A DNA stretch of 64,000 nt from Octopus vulgaris (GCA_951406725.2 OX597814.1:25110001-25174000); one strand, 5' to 3'. Shown: positions 1-14,282, counted from the first letter of the stretch. Notes: a model not told the origin generated them from the sequence alone. Program-made: numbers and translations.

Positions 1-899
1 TTGCTTCTAGACTATGTATAATGGGTAGTGTGCAACAGCCCATTTCACATTTAATTCATTGCATCCTTGAACCCACCCATATTCTTGAATCGAGAAGGAA
101 AGCAATAACTTATCTAAAGTTAAGACAAAGGAAAAGAAAATTGAAAAAAAAGCAGCTAAATAGTAAAAAGATAAATATTTTGAGTTAGATCTGTAATGCA
201 TTTCTCATGAAATAGATGAGTGATCTATAGTAGTCATGTAATGTAAGATCATTTGGTGAGAGGAAAAAAAGGAAACGCTATAAAAATAACACTGCATTTG
301 TCAGATAGTGGATTTAGATTACATTGGTGTGGTTGACTGCTATTTAAATTAACATCTCCACTAAAAGAAATTGTCTCATCTTATCTTTTGTTCAATATGA
401 AGTAGAAAATGAGATGACATGCTTGAATGGTTGAGAATTGAATATATTTGATCTTACAAAAAGTAGCTTCAGTTGTTCAACTATAATCAACAATGAGCAA
501 AAAATAAAAATATAAAAAAGATAATAATAAAAACAATAATAACAGCAACAATTCTATGAAATTTGGTTATTTGGTTCTAGAACAATTCAGGGCTACAGTA
601 ACGAAAACTTGTAAATGCTAACTATTAGTAAATATAACAATACATTATATGTATGAGGTTGTTAAGATGATAGAATTGTATGTGGTTAACAAAAGATGGA
701 AGACAAAAAATAACTAGAAGAAAAATATAATTGAATAAATGCTATATGTGAATCAAATGGAAGAAAATGTGATTTAAAAATTGAGAGAAATTTTCTGAGT
801 GGTGACCATGAATTTGAAATGAATCTTTAGATATTGTTATATGTTTTAGTTGACCTTCATTGTGATAAGACACAGTGTTGAAGCTAAAACAATTGCGGC

Positions 900-1500
900 A
901 TCACAAGGTCATAATAATCATTTACAACACATACTATGTACAGTTAGATTGATATCTGTTTTATTATTATGTTATAGTAATAGTATATACATTTAGAAAT
1001 GGAAGTGTATTAGATATCTATGATCTAGTAACCGATATTCTACTTTACGGTGTCTGTTGTATTATAGATATATTGTATGATGAAAAAATATGTTATTATA
1101 AGCAGAAAGATATTCTAAACACAATTTTACAAATAAATAAAAAGAATATCTATATCTTAATTCTAGTATAGCAGAACCAGTAAATATAGTCAAGATTCAG
1201 ACAAGATAATTCACACTATCCAAAGTTTGTTTCCTGACAGACTAGGGTCAACATTTTCCATTAGTGCCCTAAAATCAATAGCAATTAGATTCAGAGCTAT
1301 AGCATATTGAGTATAATCTAGGATTTAGTTCAAGAGGGAGAGCTTTGGCTCAGAATATTTACAATATCCTGTCTCAGTTAATTTTTCTTTTTCTAGACAA
1401 TAATTACTAATAATAAATTTAGGATAATTAATCTGTTTTAAATGTTTCTGAAATTTGGAAATTAGACTTGTCTTGGAAATTAAACTTAGATATTATACGC
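900..1500 (+). mobile_element. Possible very old L1/Tx1-like LINE remnant
   Basis: Manual translation near 1315-1400 gives LGFSSRGRALAQNIYNILSQLIF, which resembles the post-RT LSLxGRAxxxNxxIxS motif of L1/Tx1 ORF2. The rest is riddled with stops. Confidence 0.25.
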
Positions 1501-2234
1501 ATAACTTTACAATGGGAAGAATATTGCACCGTTAAACAAATAAAACTGTAACATCAAGAAATTTTCTGCAAATGAAAAAGAGTTCACCTCATAAAAGGAA
1601 ACTTCTGCATAGCATATCTAGCATACAAACTTTAAGCTTAAATTCATTGGGGATCTCTTATTGTGTATTAATGCATTTGTATATTTAGGAACTTAATTTC
1701 GTATCTCATAGTTCAGTTAACTATTAAACAATAGTTACTAGATCATGAATAAATATTGCCTAATATGGAGCATTGCATTATACAAAACTATCAGAAAAAT
1801 AGATCTAAAGCAATTAGCTCAGAAACAACTGGAAAAGATTGCATGAATATATGTTCCAAACAGCAAAAACAAAAGATATTTTTTCTCAAGGGTAAGTTTT
1901 GTACTTATTTTCACTTTAAATAAGTACAAACTCTCTTAGATTATAAAAATAAAGACAAAAGGGCAATAAAATCATTTGAGCAAAAATTTGTTTGTGATTA
2001 TTATTATTATTGAATGTACAAATAGGTTGAAATTGGTGCACCTTTGTCATCCAGAGCTTGTTGAAGCATCATGATCATCATCTTTGTTGTCATCTAGAGC
2101 ATCATCATCATCACCATCTACCCCATCTGATGATGAAGAAAAGTCAGCAAAAACTTTTTTGTTGCCATATAAATCTTCTATTTGTGACCTGATTTTTACA
2201 GCATCCAGCCATGAAAGTCCTGCCAAAACAGACA

Positions 2235-2394
2235 CAGATGTCTGGTGCAGGCTTCTGCCTGGCCAGCTCCTGTCAAACCATCCAACTTACGTCAGCATGG
2301 AAGGTGACTGTTAAATGATGACGACGACGATGATGATGACGATGACAATGGCAACGATGATGCTGATGCTGCTGATGATGATGATGATGATGAT
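2235..2394 (+). mobile_element. RTE LINE 3' end with (GAT)n tail
   Basis: ctggtgcagg...tccaacttacgtcagcatggaa...gttaaatgatgacga matches the 3' end of the RTE at 17110-17210. Confidence 0.75.
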
Positions 2395-3710
2395 ACAAAT
2401 TTGAAACAGCACAAGTTATATTTTATGTAAGAGAAGCCAAATCTTCTTGAGGAGTTTCTAAGCAACAAAATATTTTCGCTAGCACCATTCTAAAAGTATA
2501 TATTCTTTATAAATGCTATACACTGCATTATGAATTTTTAATATAGCAGAAAATTAAAAGGATTAAATAGAACACTAAACATATGTGGATATATTTTGAA
2601 TGGACTTAACTTAATATAACTTTTATGTACAGTATAGTTTATTTTTTAATGTTTTTTTTTATATTTTCATTTTGTCCAAATTCTGAGAAATGAAATTTTA
2701 TGATTAATTCTTACTAATTTACAATCAGTTGTCTACTTCTATTTTCACATATAATTGTTGTTTGACTCTAGATTATCTCTGACTAAGCAAATTATGGATG
2801 GAATTATTACAGGCATGACCACCAATATTTATTTTGAGCATTACATGTCTAAGGTTACAATCTAGCACAATTCTTTTTTCTTTAAGGTAGTAGAGTTAAA
2901 CATCTGGGAAATATGGATGTTACTTCTAAAATTTGAGTGGCTGTGTACAAGATTTTCTCATTGGTCTTGGCATAAAACTTCATAATGCATTTGTGACACT
3001 TAGATATCTATATGGACTTATAATATCAAAAGAATCTTACATGAAATGACCCTTGATTTTGATACAATTATAATATATAGCATGAGCTAATATATGATCC
3101 ACATGGTTGCAGTTAACTTCTAGTTTTAATGAAATAAATAAATGAGGAAAGGGTACATTTACATCAGAAAAATAAATCTTGTCTTCAAATTTATTTGATT
3201 TTTTTTCTTGATTTTTTTCATAGATACAAGATAAATGAAACGAACACACAACTGATATTTTTTAATTGATTCATAGAAACACATCATTACTAAATAAAAT
3301 ATTAAAACAGAAAAAAGACCCTTCAGAAATATCGACATTTGGATTTAAGTATAATCATATAAGCATAAATTAGATTAGAATAAATTATTAAAATGATTAA
3401 AATATAAAGTTAAAACACAAGTAGGAAAACCAAATGGGGACCAATACAGTCATAGATATCCTTTACTTATCTCCTCTTACAATTGTATCCACAAAACGGA
3501 ACAATCACATTAACTGAATTATAATCACTGCAAAGCAGATCTCCTTTAAGCCAACTCATAAGATGTTGACAAACTCTTTTATCGAATATGTATGAGATCC
3601 AATTACCTGTATAACTTCAGTACTTCCACTCATTATTATACTAGCTTTTGTACTTTAATTCTGTAACTCTAATGGTTAAATCCACTTTCTCTTTTAGTTT
3701 GCCAAAATTT

Positions 3711-3945
3711 TGGTTGATATTTCCTGTTCCTAGATTGCAAATGCATACCCTTCAAAGAGGGAGAAAGGAGAAAGCTCATTCGAAGACTACAGGTCCAAGC
3801 TATCACTGGAACTGTAAAAATCTGTAAAACTTTCCAGAATTTTATTATTTAAATATATATGATATCTAGATATGCAACTATATGCATGAGAATACATACA
3901 TAAAACATACATAAATCTACACATACATACATACATACATACATA
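3711..3945 (+). mobile_element. Short R4/Dong-like LINE 3' end with inverted 5' piece
   Basis: 3762-3890 is near-identical to 4870-5005. 3711-3757 is the reverse complement of 4274-4320. Ends in TACA repeats. Confidence 0.8.
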
Positions 3946-4104
3946 ATAAAAAGAATACTGTTAAACAAGAGGATCAGTTAAAGAATATGCATTTAAATGA
4001 TAAATTAGTTAACAGCCATTTTTTGCTTTTTTTTACTCAAATACATATGTGCATGCACATGTAAACACAAACAGCCGTACATGTACACATCCATCCACAC
4101 TCTT

Positions 4105-5087
4105 TGTCTGATAACCTAGAATACATGCCGAAAAGAAGTCACACAACTCTACCGCAACATATCATCAGATGAAAGTATGAACCGATATGAGCAGAAGACT
4201 ATGCATGGGTATGTTACTAGAAAGCTCCATGATGATATTAACATCGATCATCAAAGCAGTTTATCATGGACCACTTTGAAGGGTATGCATTTGCAATCTA
4301 GGAACACGAAATATCAACCAAGTAGGATACACAAAAGGGATAGAGATGCAGGTAAAGCTGTAAAGTGTAACAACTGATGCAGGCTTTGTGGAGTTCACAC
4401 TGAAGATATCACCCACATCATAAGCAATTGTCTGAAAATATCATCACAATATTATCTACTGATGAGATAGGACGTTGTAGCCAGGACACTCTATAATGAA
4501 ATCCATTGGACGGATAACCCCAAGGACAAAGAAATAACAACCCACAGTATGGTAGAAATCATAGCCACTCATAATAAAAAGGAATACTGATGGAATGTAC
4601 CAGTGAAGACCTCAATGAAATGTAAGAAAAGCTGACCTGATATAATGATTTGGAATAGAAAAGAGAAACTGTGCACAGTTGTGGAAATTAGCTGCCCAGC
4701 GGATGTTAAGATCAGTGAAAAAGAGAACACCTATGCTGAACTATTAAGAAATCTGGAGTAACTCTATCCAGATTACAAGTTCAGGTTTATACGTATAATT
4801 ATTGGGGCCCTGGGATATGTAACACACTGCCTAAATACCAATCTTGAGAAATTAGGCTTCTCAAAACCAGAAAGGAGAAAGCTAATTCGAAGACTACAGA
4901 TCCAAACCATGACTGGAACTGTAAAAATCTGTAAAACTTTCCAGAATTTTATTATTTAAATATATATGAACATATCTAGATATGCAACTATATGCATGAG
5001 AGTACATACTTACCTACATACATACATACATACATACATACATACATACATACATACATACATACATACATACATACATACATACAT
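4105..5087 (+). mobile_element. 5'-truncated, degraded R4/Dong-like (RLE-type) non-LTR retrotransposon
   Basis: Manual translation shows a CCHC knuckle (CRLCGVHTEDITHIISNC), PDIMIWNRKEKLCTVVEISCP and EKENTYAEL...IIIGALG, i.e. restriction-like endonuclease motifs, with several stops. Followed by (TACA)n. Confidence 0.85.
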
Positions 5088-5472
5088 CAGCTGAAAATGA
5101 ACAAAGTCATTAGAGCATTGGACAAAACGAACTTGTACTTAGCCTGGTAAATAATATTCTGAGTTCGAATTCTGCCTAAGTTAACTTTGTCATTCATCTT
5201 TCTGGGGTTCATGATAAACTACTAATCTAGAGTTTAAGTTTGATAGACTTGTTACAGGGTTGGATGGGACGTTATTTGTGGTATTTAAAGTGATCCTTTT
5301 CATTCAGAGTTCAGTTGTCACTGTGATCTACATAGGTAGTAGACTTACTCTGTTGTTCCTATTTAACACCGTCCTTTGGTGCTTGAGTGCAAGTGGTTCA
5401 GACCAGGACTCTGGCTCAAAGATTCCCTCTTCCTTGCTCCCACCAGTACAAGAGGCCCTGCTAAAAATCATG

Positions 5473-5479
5473 CATGTGT

Positions 5480-5518
<39 letters not shown>

Positions 5519-5712
5519 TGTGTGTGTGCGTGTGTGTGTGTGTGAGCGTGTGTGAGTGTGTTTGTGTGTGTGGGTACACACATACACACATATATATGCA
5601 CAAGCAAACACATACACACGTATACACATGCACACACATACATACATATATATATTTATATACACTGATGTGTACATATCTATATGCGTACTTGTGTGTG
5701 TACATATATTGA
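5473..5712. repeat. (TG)n/(CA)n/(TA)n compound microsatellite
   Basis: Directly visible; it generates the spurious VC/HT ORFs. Confidence 0.9.
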
Positions 5713-6000
5713 TTAAATAAATAGGTGAAACACTTGTTAGATTATGATATTGTTCTTATGAGTAATGTCGAAGATGAAGAAATTGATCATAAATTTGATG
5801 ATAAGAATAGTGGTAATTTCCAGTACCATTGCATGACAAAAAGGGAAGACATACCTGATATTAATATTTCAGGAATTTTCATTTGTCTATGTTGGCCATT
5901 ATTCTGAATCGGTATGTATAGGTCTGGACAAAGTTGTTTTTGTGGAAGACTGGCAGTTTCTCATGTATGCAAGTCCCTTTTTTCCCACTACTGATGCTGC

Positions 6001-6368
6001 TTGTTTGTTTGTTTGTTTGTTGAGCAAAGCGGTCTTCGTCCCAGAGTGGGAGAAGTCCGAAATGTGGTCCTTTGCTATTCATAAGACCTGCAGAAGAGAA
6101 AGCAGGTCAACCCCCGACACTGAGAGCATCGATGGATGGATGAATGTGCATCCAGGCTCAGCAGTTGCGTAGGAAGTCGGGGATAAGAAACAATAAGAAA
6201 GAGTGAGAGAAAGTTGGAGTGAAAGAATACAACAGGGGTCGCCACCCCACCCTGCTGGAGCCTCATGGAGCTTTAGGTGTTTTCATTCAATAAAAACACA
6301 ACGCCCTGTCTGGGAATCGAAACCGCAATTCTCCGACCACGAGTCCACTGCCCTAACCACTGGGCCAT
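6001..6368 (-). mobile_element. tRNA-derived SINE with (CAAA)n tail and 12-bp TSD
   Basis: Minus-strand head AATGGCCCAGTGGTTAGGGCAG...GGTTTCGATTCCC (A/B boxes), same head as the 29647 copy. TACTGATGCTGC is duplicated at 5989-6000 and 6369-6380. Confidence 0.9.
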
Positions 6369-6850
6369 TACTGATGCTGCCAGAGAGAAAAGTCAGTGCT
6401 TTAGAGCCAATACAGAGAGCTGTCAGAGGCATTACTATTAGAATGCAATAGGCCAGAACAAATACTGTGAGGTGTCTTTTGATGCTCTCACAGTTACACC
6501 AAATTCCCATTCTTGATTGGTACATTATTCAGTAAGCCCCAAATGATTAGGTACAAAGTTGAACTCAGTGGGATTTGAATCCAGAGCACAGAGAATTGGA
6601 ATAAATACCATGAAGCATTTTGTCCAGCATTCAAATAGATCTGCCAGTGGTTGAGGCATGATAGCTCTAAGTTCAATATGGTCTAAATTTCAAACAGCTT
6701 TAGTTTTGAACATTCATTTAAAGTACAAAACTTTTTTTTTACTTTTATTTGGTTGATTAACAATAGGTTCCACTTTTACTTTGTGGCTAAGAGAAATTTT
6801 TTAAAAATATTTGATGTACAATGACAAAAATAATTGCTACAACATTATAT

Positions 6851-7120
6851 GCGGAGAAACATGATCTAATGGTTAAGGCGTTACACTTATGAATGTAAGA
6901 TAGTGGTTTTGATTCCTAGAATGGGCAAAAAATTGTGTTCTTGAGTAAAACATTTGATTTCATGTTGCTCCAGTCCACTCAGCTGGAAAAAATTAGTAAT
7001 CCTGCAATGGACCAGAATCCCATCTGGGGTGGGTGGGAGTGGAATATATATACTGCAGAATAGCGGAAATTGGCCTTATGAGTTTATAGCTCAGGAATGA
7101 CCATTGACCTTTTTTTTTCT
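6851..7120 (+). mobile_element. Degraded tRNA-derived SINE
   Basis: Decayed A/B-box head plus ttcatgttgctccagtccactcagctg, shared with the SINE at 55012-55348; body differs. Confidence 0.6.
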
Positions 7121-7130
7121 CAGTGTTATC

Positions 7131-7162
<32 letters not shown>

Positions 7163-7173
7163 CATCATCATCA

Positions 7174-7536
7174 CCATTATCATCATATTATGTCCACTTT
7201 TCATGGATGGCATTAGAGAATCCAACAGGCTGGAGGACCTTGTCAGGCTCAGTTTTGGTATGGTTTTGCTGCCAGATGCCCTTTTAAGTGCCAACCACAT
7301 TACAGAGAGTATTAGGCGCATTTTTCAGGTCATGAGTACTATAGAAGTAGTCTTGCTCTCAGGAAGACCAAAGATTCCTCTCAACCCTGCATTTTTTCTG
7401 TTGGATTTGCTAACCATTTTACAGAGAGCACTTGACATTTCATAGATATTTTTAATGAAATTTTGCAGATATATGCTTTTGATAAAATATATATCAGAAT
7501 TATATTGATAAAATTTAGAAAAGTAATAACATGTAT
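7174..7536. repeat. ~360-bp duplicated segment, copy 1 (copy 2 at 23123-23484)
   Basis: Near-identical sequence and near-identical ORF translations (MDGIRESNRLE...). Confidence 0.9.
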
Positions 7537-7992
7537 CGAAGAGTGCTTTTTACATGCCACCAGCACTGGTATCAGCCACTCTCGAATGGTAGTCTTTATA
7601 TGCCACTGGCATGGGTGCCAGTCAGGTGGCACTGGCATTGGCTATGACTATGATTTCACTTGACTTAACAGGTCTTCTCAAGCACAGCATATTGCCCAAC
7701 GATTGAAGGGGTACTTTTAAATGGGCCAGTTATGTGACACTGGCATTGGCCACAACTATGATCTCACTTGGCTTGCTGGGTCTTCTCAAGCACAGTACAT
7801 CTCCAAAGGTTTTGGTCGCTTGTCATTACTTTTGTGAGGCCCAACACTCAAAGGTCATGCTTCACCACCTCATCCCATGTCTTCCTGGGTCTACCTCTTT
7901 CACAGGTTCCCTTCACTGTTAGGACGTGACATTTTTTCACCCAGCTGTCCTCATCCGTACTCAACACATGACCTTACCAGCACAGTTGTCTT
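7537..7992 (-). mobile_element. RTE LINE 3' fragment
   Basis: Reverse complement of RTE C-terminus/3'UTR (GRGRPRKTWDEVVKH; tgcttgagaagacc), matching 16480-16990. Confidence 0.85.
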
Positions 7993-8959
7993 TAAACTTA
8001 CTAAAATAAACCAAAAGAAAGTAACAAATAATGCCAGTAGTAAAATTTATGGTGAAACAATTACAAAGCCTCTCATCATGCTAGAATTAAGAACTAAATG
8101 TTATGCATATCAGATTCTACCATCTTAAGAAAGGAAGGATATATTGGGAAATGTAATCTTTGATAAACAACACTTAAAAACAAAATGTGATAGCCATAGC
8201 TGAAAGCCTTTGATCATATTTTACCTTGGGCTAAACAACAACAACATCAATAGCAGATAATAATAATTGTCTTCCCTTTCAATTTAAATATGTCTCTTTG
8301 TTCTTGTGAAACATACATAAACAGAGTTACATTAAGCGTATTGACACACTTGCTAACTGCCCAAATCTTTGCTAAGACATAATATCATACAATGACAAAG
8401 CAAACAATATTTATACAATGTTCTGTAAAATTACGACGCTTTTGATAAGCAATCTCAATTTTCAAAAGTGTTCAACTGCGATGCTATTCTTAGAACTGTG
8501 CCGACCAGCATTATATCTTTGCTGTGTTGTCAAAACATTGTTTAAACATATAATTAACATCTCCAAAGTAGAGGAATTTTCCTAGAAGTAAAGAAAACTA
8601 ATTTTCAATAACGATAGACTATGTAAAAGAAGACAGTGACTTGCAGGCCTATATATTCTGGATTCCTTTTCTAAACATTTGTTTGTGACATGTTTCAATT
8701 TCTAAAGTTACTGTGGAAAAAAAATTCTCTCTGTTGGTAAAACGTGTAATATATATATTTATGTACACATGTCTTGTCTTTCACTTTTTAAGTTAGTGTA
8801 AATTTTGACTAGCTACTGACTTGGTAGCAAGGTTGTGAAGGAAAGTCTTGTATCCTTGACGTTTGGATATAGCCTACACTGTAACAGTGTTATAATACTA
8901 TAAAAACTAAATCAGTAACAAACACGTAACAACTTATATCTCCTCTCAACGATTTTTAT

Positions 8960-11480
8960 GAATGCCTTCACAAATGCGACTACACACACCACTCTGTATC
9001 TTGCACTGTCTTGCTATCCCTCAGGAGTGTCAGGATTTCACCTCAACAGAATGTATCTTGATTTAACCGTCATCCTTGAAATTTTAAGAAGGTCTTCCAG
9101 ATATTAATAGTTCCAAATACCATGATCATTGTAGCTTATGGATTCAGGATTTGTATTCTCTCCCCAAGATTTCAATTTCAGCCATACTTTACTCCAGACA
9201 GACTGATATGTATGTATGTATGTATGTGTGTATGTATGTATGTATGTATGTATGTATGTATGTATGTATGTATGTATGTATGTATGTATGTATGTATGTA
9301 TGTATGCATGTCTGTATGTATGTCTGTCTGTATGTATGTCTGTCTGTATGTATGTGTGTATGTATGTATGTGTGTATGTATGTATGTATGTATAAATGAG
9401 TGCATTTGTGTCTGTATGTATATATGTGTGAGTAGTTCTCTACCACTGTTCCTGATTGATTGTGGGTTCTATGTTTTCTATTACCTCCTGTTAGTGTCCA
9501 ATGTGTCCATGGGTCAAATAGTCAACAACAATCTAGCCATCGACCAGTAAGGTAGTGTACCATGTTTATTGTCCAGTCTCTATATCCTTTACAGCCATCC
9601 AGCTTTATTTTTCACTTTACTTAGATGGCCTATTGCACTGTTGGCAGAATCCAGAGATGGTCCTGTAGAAGGCCTCTGGATTCTGCACAATATCATCTGC
9701 AAATTCTATATCAGCTAACTGTCTCAGATCTTTTTATTGGTTGTCCCTATCATTGCTGTTGAATGCATTTTCATGATGAATTTATGATTCCTTACATCCC
9801 TAGTGAACACCTAATGGTGTTGTTAAAGTATCAAGTTATTTCTATTTTCATTCTTCACATAACAACTGGACTTTAGATAAATGCTTCTAAAGTGTGAGAT
9901 ATAGGACTTCAGAAAATTAATTCAAGATATTCATGCAACTCTCTACAGAGACTTTCAATGCACACTGCTTGAATGCCTTTTTGAAGTCAATGAAATTAAC
10001 TTTTATTGATAACTGTCACTGGAACTCCAAACATGTCTCAATAACATTCCACTTTGCAAAGATCTGTTCATAGAATGACCTCTGATGTTTAAATTTCCCC
10101 TGTTCTCCTTGTAGCCTTGCATTAACAACATCATGAACATTGACATAGTAGCATATGGCAAAATGCCTTGCTTAGGTCTAACAGTAACGGGAACTCTGTT
10201 TCAGTTATGACAATCAGCTGTGCTTCCTTTCTTCAGCACTCAGATCCATGCAGAGCACCACAACTCTTCTGAAACACTCTGTTGCTGCCAGTAACTTTGC
10301 AATAATTATGTTAGTGGTGTTACATCAGTACTTCATGCTTTGACTGCTCAATCTTATATCATGTCTAGACTTACAGTTTTGTTACTTTTTAATTCCCTGC
10401 TAGTTTTGTTATCTCCTGATGTTTCTCATTTGTACATCGAACTATAGTTCATGAGAAATATTTTCTTAGTTGCTCCTGGATGGAGGTAGAGAGTTCTGTA
10501 GCTTCTAGAAGTACTCCACCCGATGAACATTCTATTCTTCAGCTGTTAAGTATAGTTTCCTACTCATCTTTTACTAATGCATTTGGTATTACTACCAGGT
10601 TTGACAATTTTTGCAGTGTCTTCATATTATTTTAGTGGGTTGTCTATTCTAATTCACCTCGTTTTCTTCAAAACTGGTCTTCTTGTCGGTTCAGAAATTT
10701 CTCTTTACTTTAGTAATCAAACAGTTGATACTGTTCAGTTTTCATGTCCTTGATTGATCTTTACGCTACTTCATCTACTTTTGCCTCATCAGTCAGTATG
10801 TTCTTCCTTGTATTCAACTTTCCTTTCTTTGTACTCTTTGTTTTGGAGATTTTATTCCCCTCTCCCCCTCTCTCTCCCCCCTCTCTCTCTTTCTCTGACC
10901 GTATCTCTGAGCATTTTCCACTGTTCAACATCAGTTGCCTGTGTAAACCTTCAAAATTATTTTTGAACTAGCACCACATTTTTATTTTTACGTTTTTCTC
11001 TTTCGTATAGCTCAATCAGTCTCGTCTTCTATATTACCTTTCAGCAGTTATTTTATATCAGCTCAAAACATGTAATGACCATAGCTAATATCTACTACTT
11101 GGCCAGTTTTTAAGTCACAGGGTACTGATATCCATCTTCTGTTTATGACAATCTAATAGATTTCATTCTTAATGTTTCCTTCTGATGACCTCAAGGATCC
11201 CCAAGTTTTATTGTGTATCTATTTGTACACAAATAGCAGTTTTCAACAAAGCATACTATTTTTGTTGCAGACAGACGACATATCTTTTTATCTGTTGTCA
11301 TATGTTAGTTGGACTGGTCCATGCAATTCCTTGCCTGTTTCATCTGATATGCACGTTCATGTTATCTATATGTAGCTTGATAGTATAGCTAGGAATATTA
11401 TCAAGAATATCTGGTTACTGTTCAGAGAAAATGTATTTTGTTTTGGTTTTCAGCATTTCTATTTGAAACATAGATGAACA
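8960..11480 (-). mobile_element. Highly degraded RTE-clade LINE
   Basis: Minus-strand motifs LADIEFADDIV (~9680-9720) and VNFIDFKKAF (~9965-10000), plus an APE-like DMSS/VCLQ remnant near 11270. Interrupted by (TATG)n at 9207-9430. Confidence 0.6.
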
Positions 11481-13069
11481 CCACTGTAGTTTTAACATGT
11501 CTTGACTGAAATTGCATCGTTAAAATGCATTTGTGAAAACATTTTCTAACCCACTTACCATAAGTTCTTTGATGCACATAATATTAAATTCGGTTATCAA
11601 AAATATAGTTTCTTACATGAAGGACTACAACTACAAACAATTCTACCAGACAGCCACTAAATTTTAACTGTCAAAATTCCTCTACATGTTTTCTTGCAGG
11701 TTTCTACTTCTTTGCAAACATACTAAGCAACCATAACATCTTTGGATGGCATTGAAAGAATTATATGAGACTAATTCCAAATACAATCACTTTTGTTCAA
11801 TTCATCCTCCCTTTAATATCAAAGAAGAAGGAATAATCTGCCTGCATATCATGAGTTGCTGGCAAATATTTGAACAAGAAACTGGTATGTCTTCAAATAA
11901 CTTAGAACGTAGATGGTATGCTACTTCATAGTTTAATAGGTCATGGAACTGTGTGTCTTAACGAATTGAATACTTCCAGATAAGGAAATAACACATGAAT
12001 CTCTTAACTAGAGTTTAAAATTACGGTTCAGTACCCACTACTAGAAGACGTTATTCTTGAATTGTTTCTGGTTGTTCTGAGGTCGTAATTCATAAAAATC
12101 AGCTTTAGTTAGTTGCAGCCAACTTGAGAAGTAATTGTCCTTCTAAGCAACAGCCAAGGACTGAGTTACTTCTTTGCTTATCTTAGTAGTTCTGCCATCT
12201 GTAAATCTGTAAATCTGCAACAAATCCAAACATATGACTACCTTGTAAGGAACTATCTAAATTTAATGGATATTACTCACCCAAACATCTTTCAGATTTA
12301 TTTGCCCCAAAATTATCATTTGAACGATCTTATCCTTATGCCTCATGTGAGTGTGTGAAACTCTGAGTAATGATGGAACATATCAGTACCTGTTTTCTAA
12401 TAAATATAATGCTACCTTGTGTATTCATTGCTATTTCATTCATTTGTAGGAATCAAAGGGATATATACACACATACACACATACACACACACACGTATAA
12501 GCACACACATATATATTGAAGTAAAGCTTCTGAAAATAACAAGAAATTTTCACGTGCGACAGATTTAGAAAGACCTCAATGAGAAAAACAAAAAATATTG
12601 AGATTAAAAGATTGATAGGATAAATATCTCATGCACAAATCTGCTTGACACTCTAAAATAGAACATACATTATTCATATTAGAAAACATGTAGCCAAGCA
12701 TTAAAGTATCAGAGTCTGAAGCTTGTGTATTTCTAATTGTAACATACTGGCAAAGCCAAAAGTATACAGTTATTGAAATAAGGGACTGAATACAGAGTGA
12801 ATTTAAAATTGAATATAGTTCTTTATATATATTCAGATCTATACAAACTTTACTATCAGCATTCGGTCTCTGATGAAGATTAATAGTATATTTTTTAGTT
12901 TGTTACAATGGTTGTGTTATAATATCACACCTGCTGAAGTCCTTGATATTTGTTACAAAAGCCTTATGGTAGTGTGTTGAATAGATGTTTATACAAGATA
13001 TTATATATGTAAGCATATATGTATGTATTTGTGGTGTGTATGCATACACTTTAGTCTCAATGATTTCTT

Positions 13070-13800
13070 TGTCAATAGACATCTGAACTGAGTAAGGAGG
13101 CAGTTTTCATTTTTTGAGGTTCATACATAGCATGAATCACTTTATAGAAGCCTTTAATGTTGCTTATCTTATCCAGGTGATGTATTTTCCTAGCTCATTG
13201 CTGAAGCCAATCATTTTTCCTTAGTTCAGAGATATTTTTTTCCTGTGGTAGGTAACAACAACTCATACATGCTGATTCCTTTCTTTGTGTATTATTTAAC
13301 AGAAAATTTGGGGGTGGTTCTCGTATTATTTAATCATTATTCTCACCACAACAGACTTTATATTTATGTTCTATTTCCCCTAAGACTTCAAGTGCGTATG
13401 CCAAGATAGTATTCCAGAATTTTATCCATTTGTCCTTGATGCAGTGGTCTGAGTCGTCCATTGTCTTTAATGAGTGGTTCAGTATATGTTCAAGCTGATT
13501 CCTTGGATCTGAGTTCATTGAGGTTTGGAGCAGATTTCATTGCTTTTCCTTGAGGCTATCTGCCTTTCTTTATTTCAAGTTTGCACTTAACTATCATTTG
13601 GCACTGGTCAGTCCAGCTATCAGCATTACACATAGGCATGGCAACACATTTCATGTCAATCTTTCTGAGAAGACTTCACAAAATACTATTCTGACACAAT
13701 ATAGCATTCCTGATGACAACCCTTACTTTTTCTCATTGATCATATATAGATGTTGTTTCTGTCTACCAAATTCCAGTTACAAGACATTGGTCAAACTGAG
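13070..13800 (-). mobile_element. Degraded RTE/BovB-like LINE fragment
   Basis: Minus strand ...CNADSWTDQCQMIVKCKL resembles the APE C-terminal GADCWTDHRL motif. Confidence 0.4.
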
Positions 13801-13984
13801 ACTATTTTTAGAACTCACTTGTTCTAGGAACTACACAATGGAATTGAACATGAAGACATGTTGTGGCAAAGTGAAATTCTAAACATCACAGATATATATG
13901 TGTTTAATTTTTTTTGTGGGTGAATACACATATGTACATGTATGTACATATATATGTATATATATGTTTACATATATATGCATA

Positions 13985-14033
<49 letters not shown>

Positions 14034-14248
14034 GCATATATATAAGCATGTATATATATATGTATGTATGTAAATATTTGTATATCTATCTACCTATATA
14101 TATGTATATATATATATATATATTACATATTCATATAGTTAGTTTGTATGTGAGAGATAGTGTATGAGAATCTAAAGCAATCATATATATGTGCATGTAT
14201 ATATACAAGTGTGTCATTGTGTTTGTGTTTATGTACATATATATATGT

Positions 14249-14282
<34 letters not shown>

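Noticed and set aside
1-1900. Protocadherin or other host exon ending at the gtaagt near 1892
   Set aside because: No cadherin motifs (DRE, DxNDN) were found, and the frames examined contain frequent stops.
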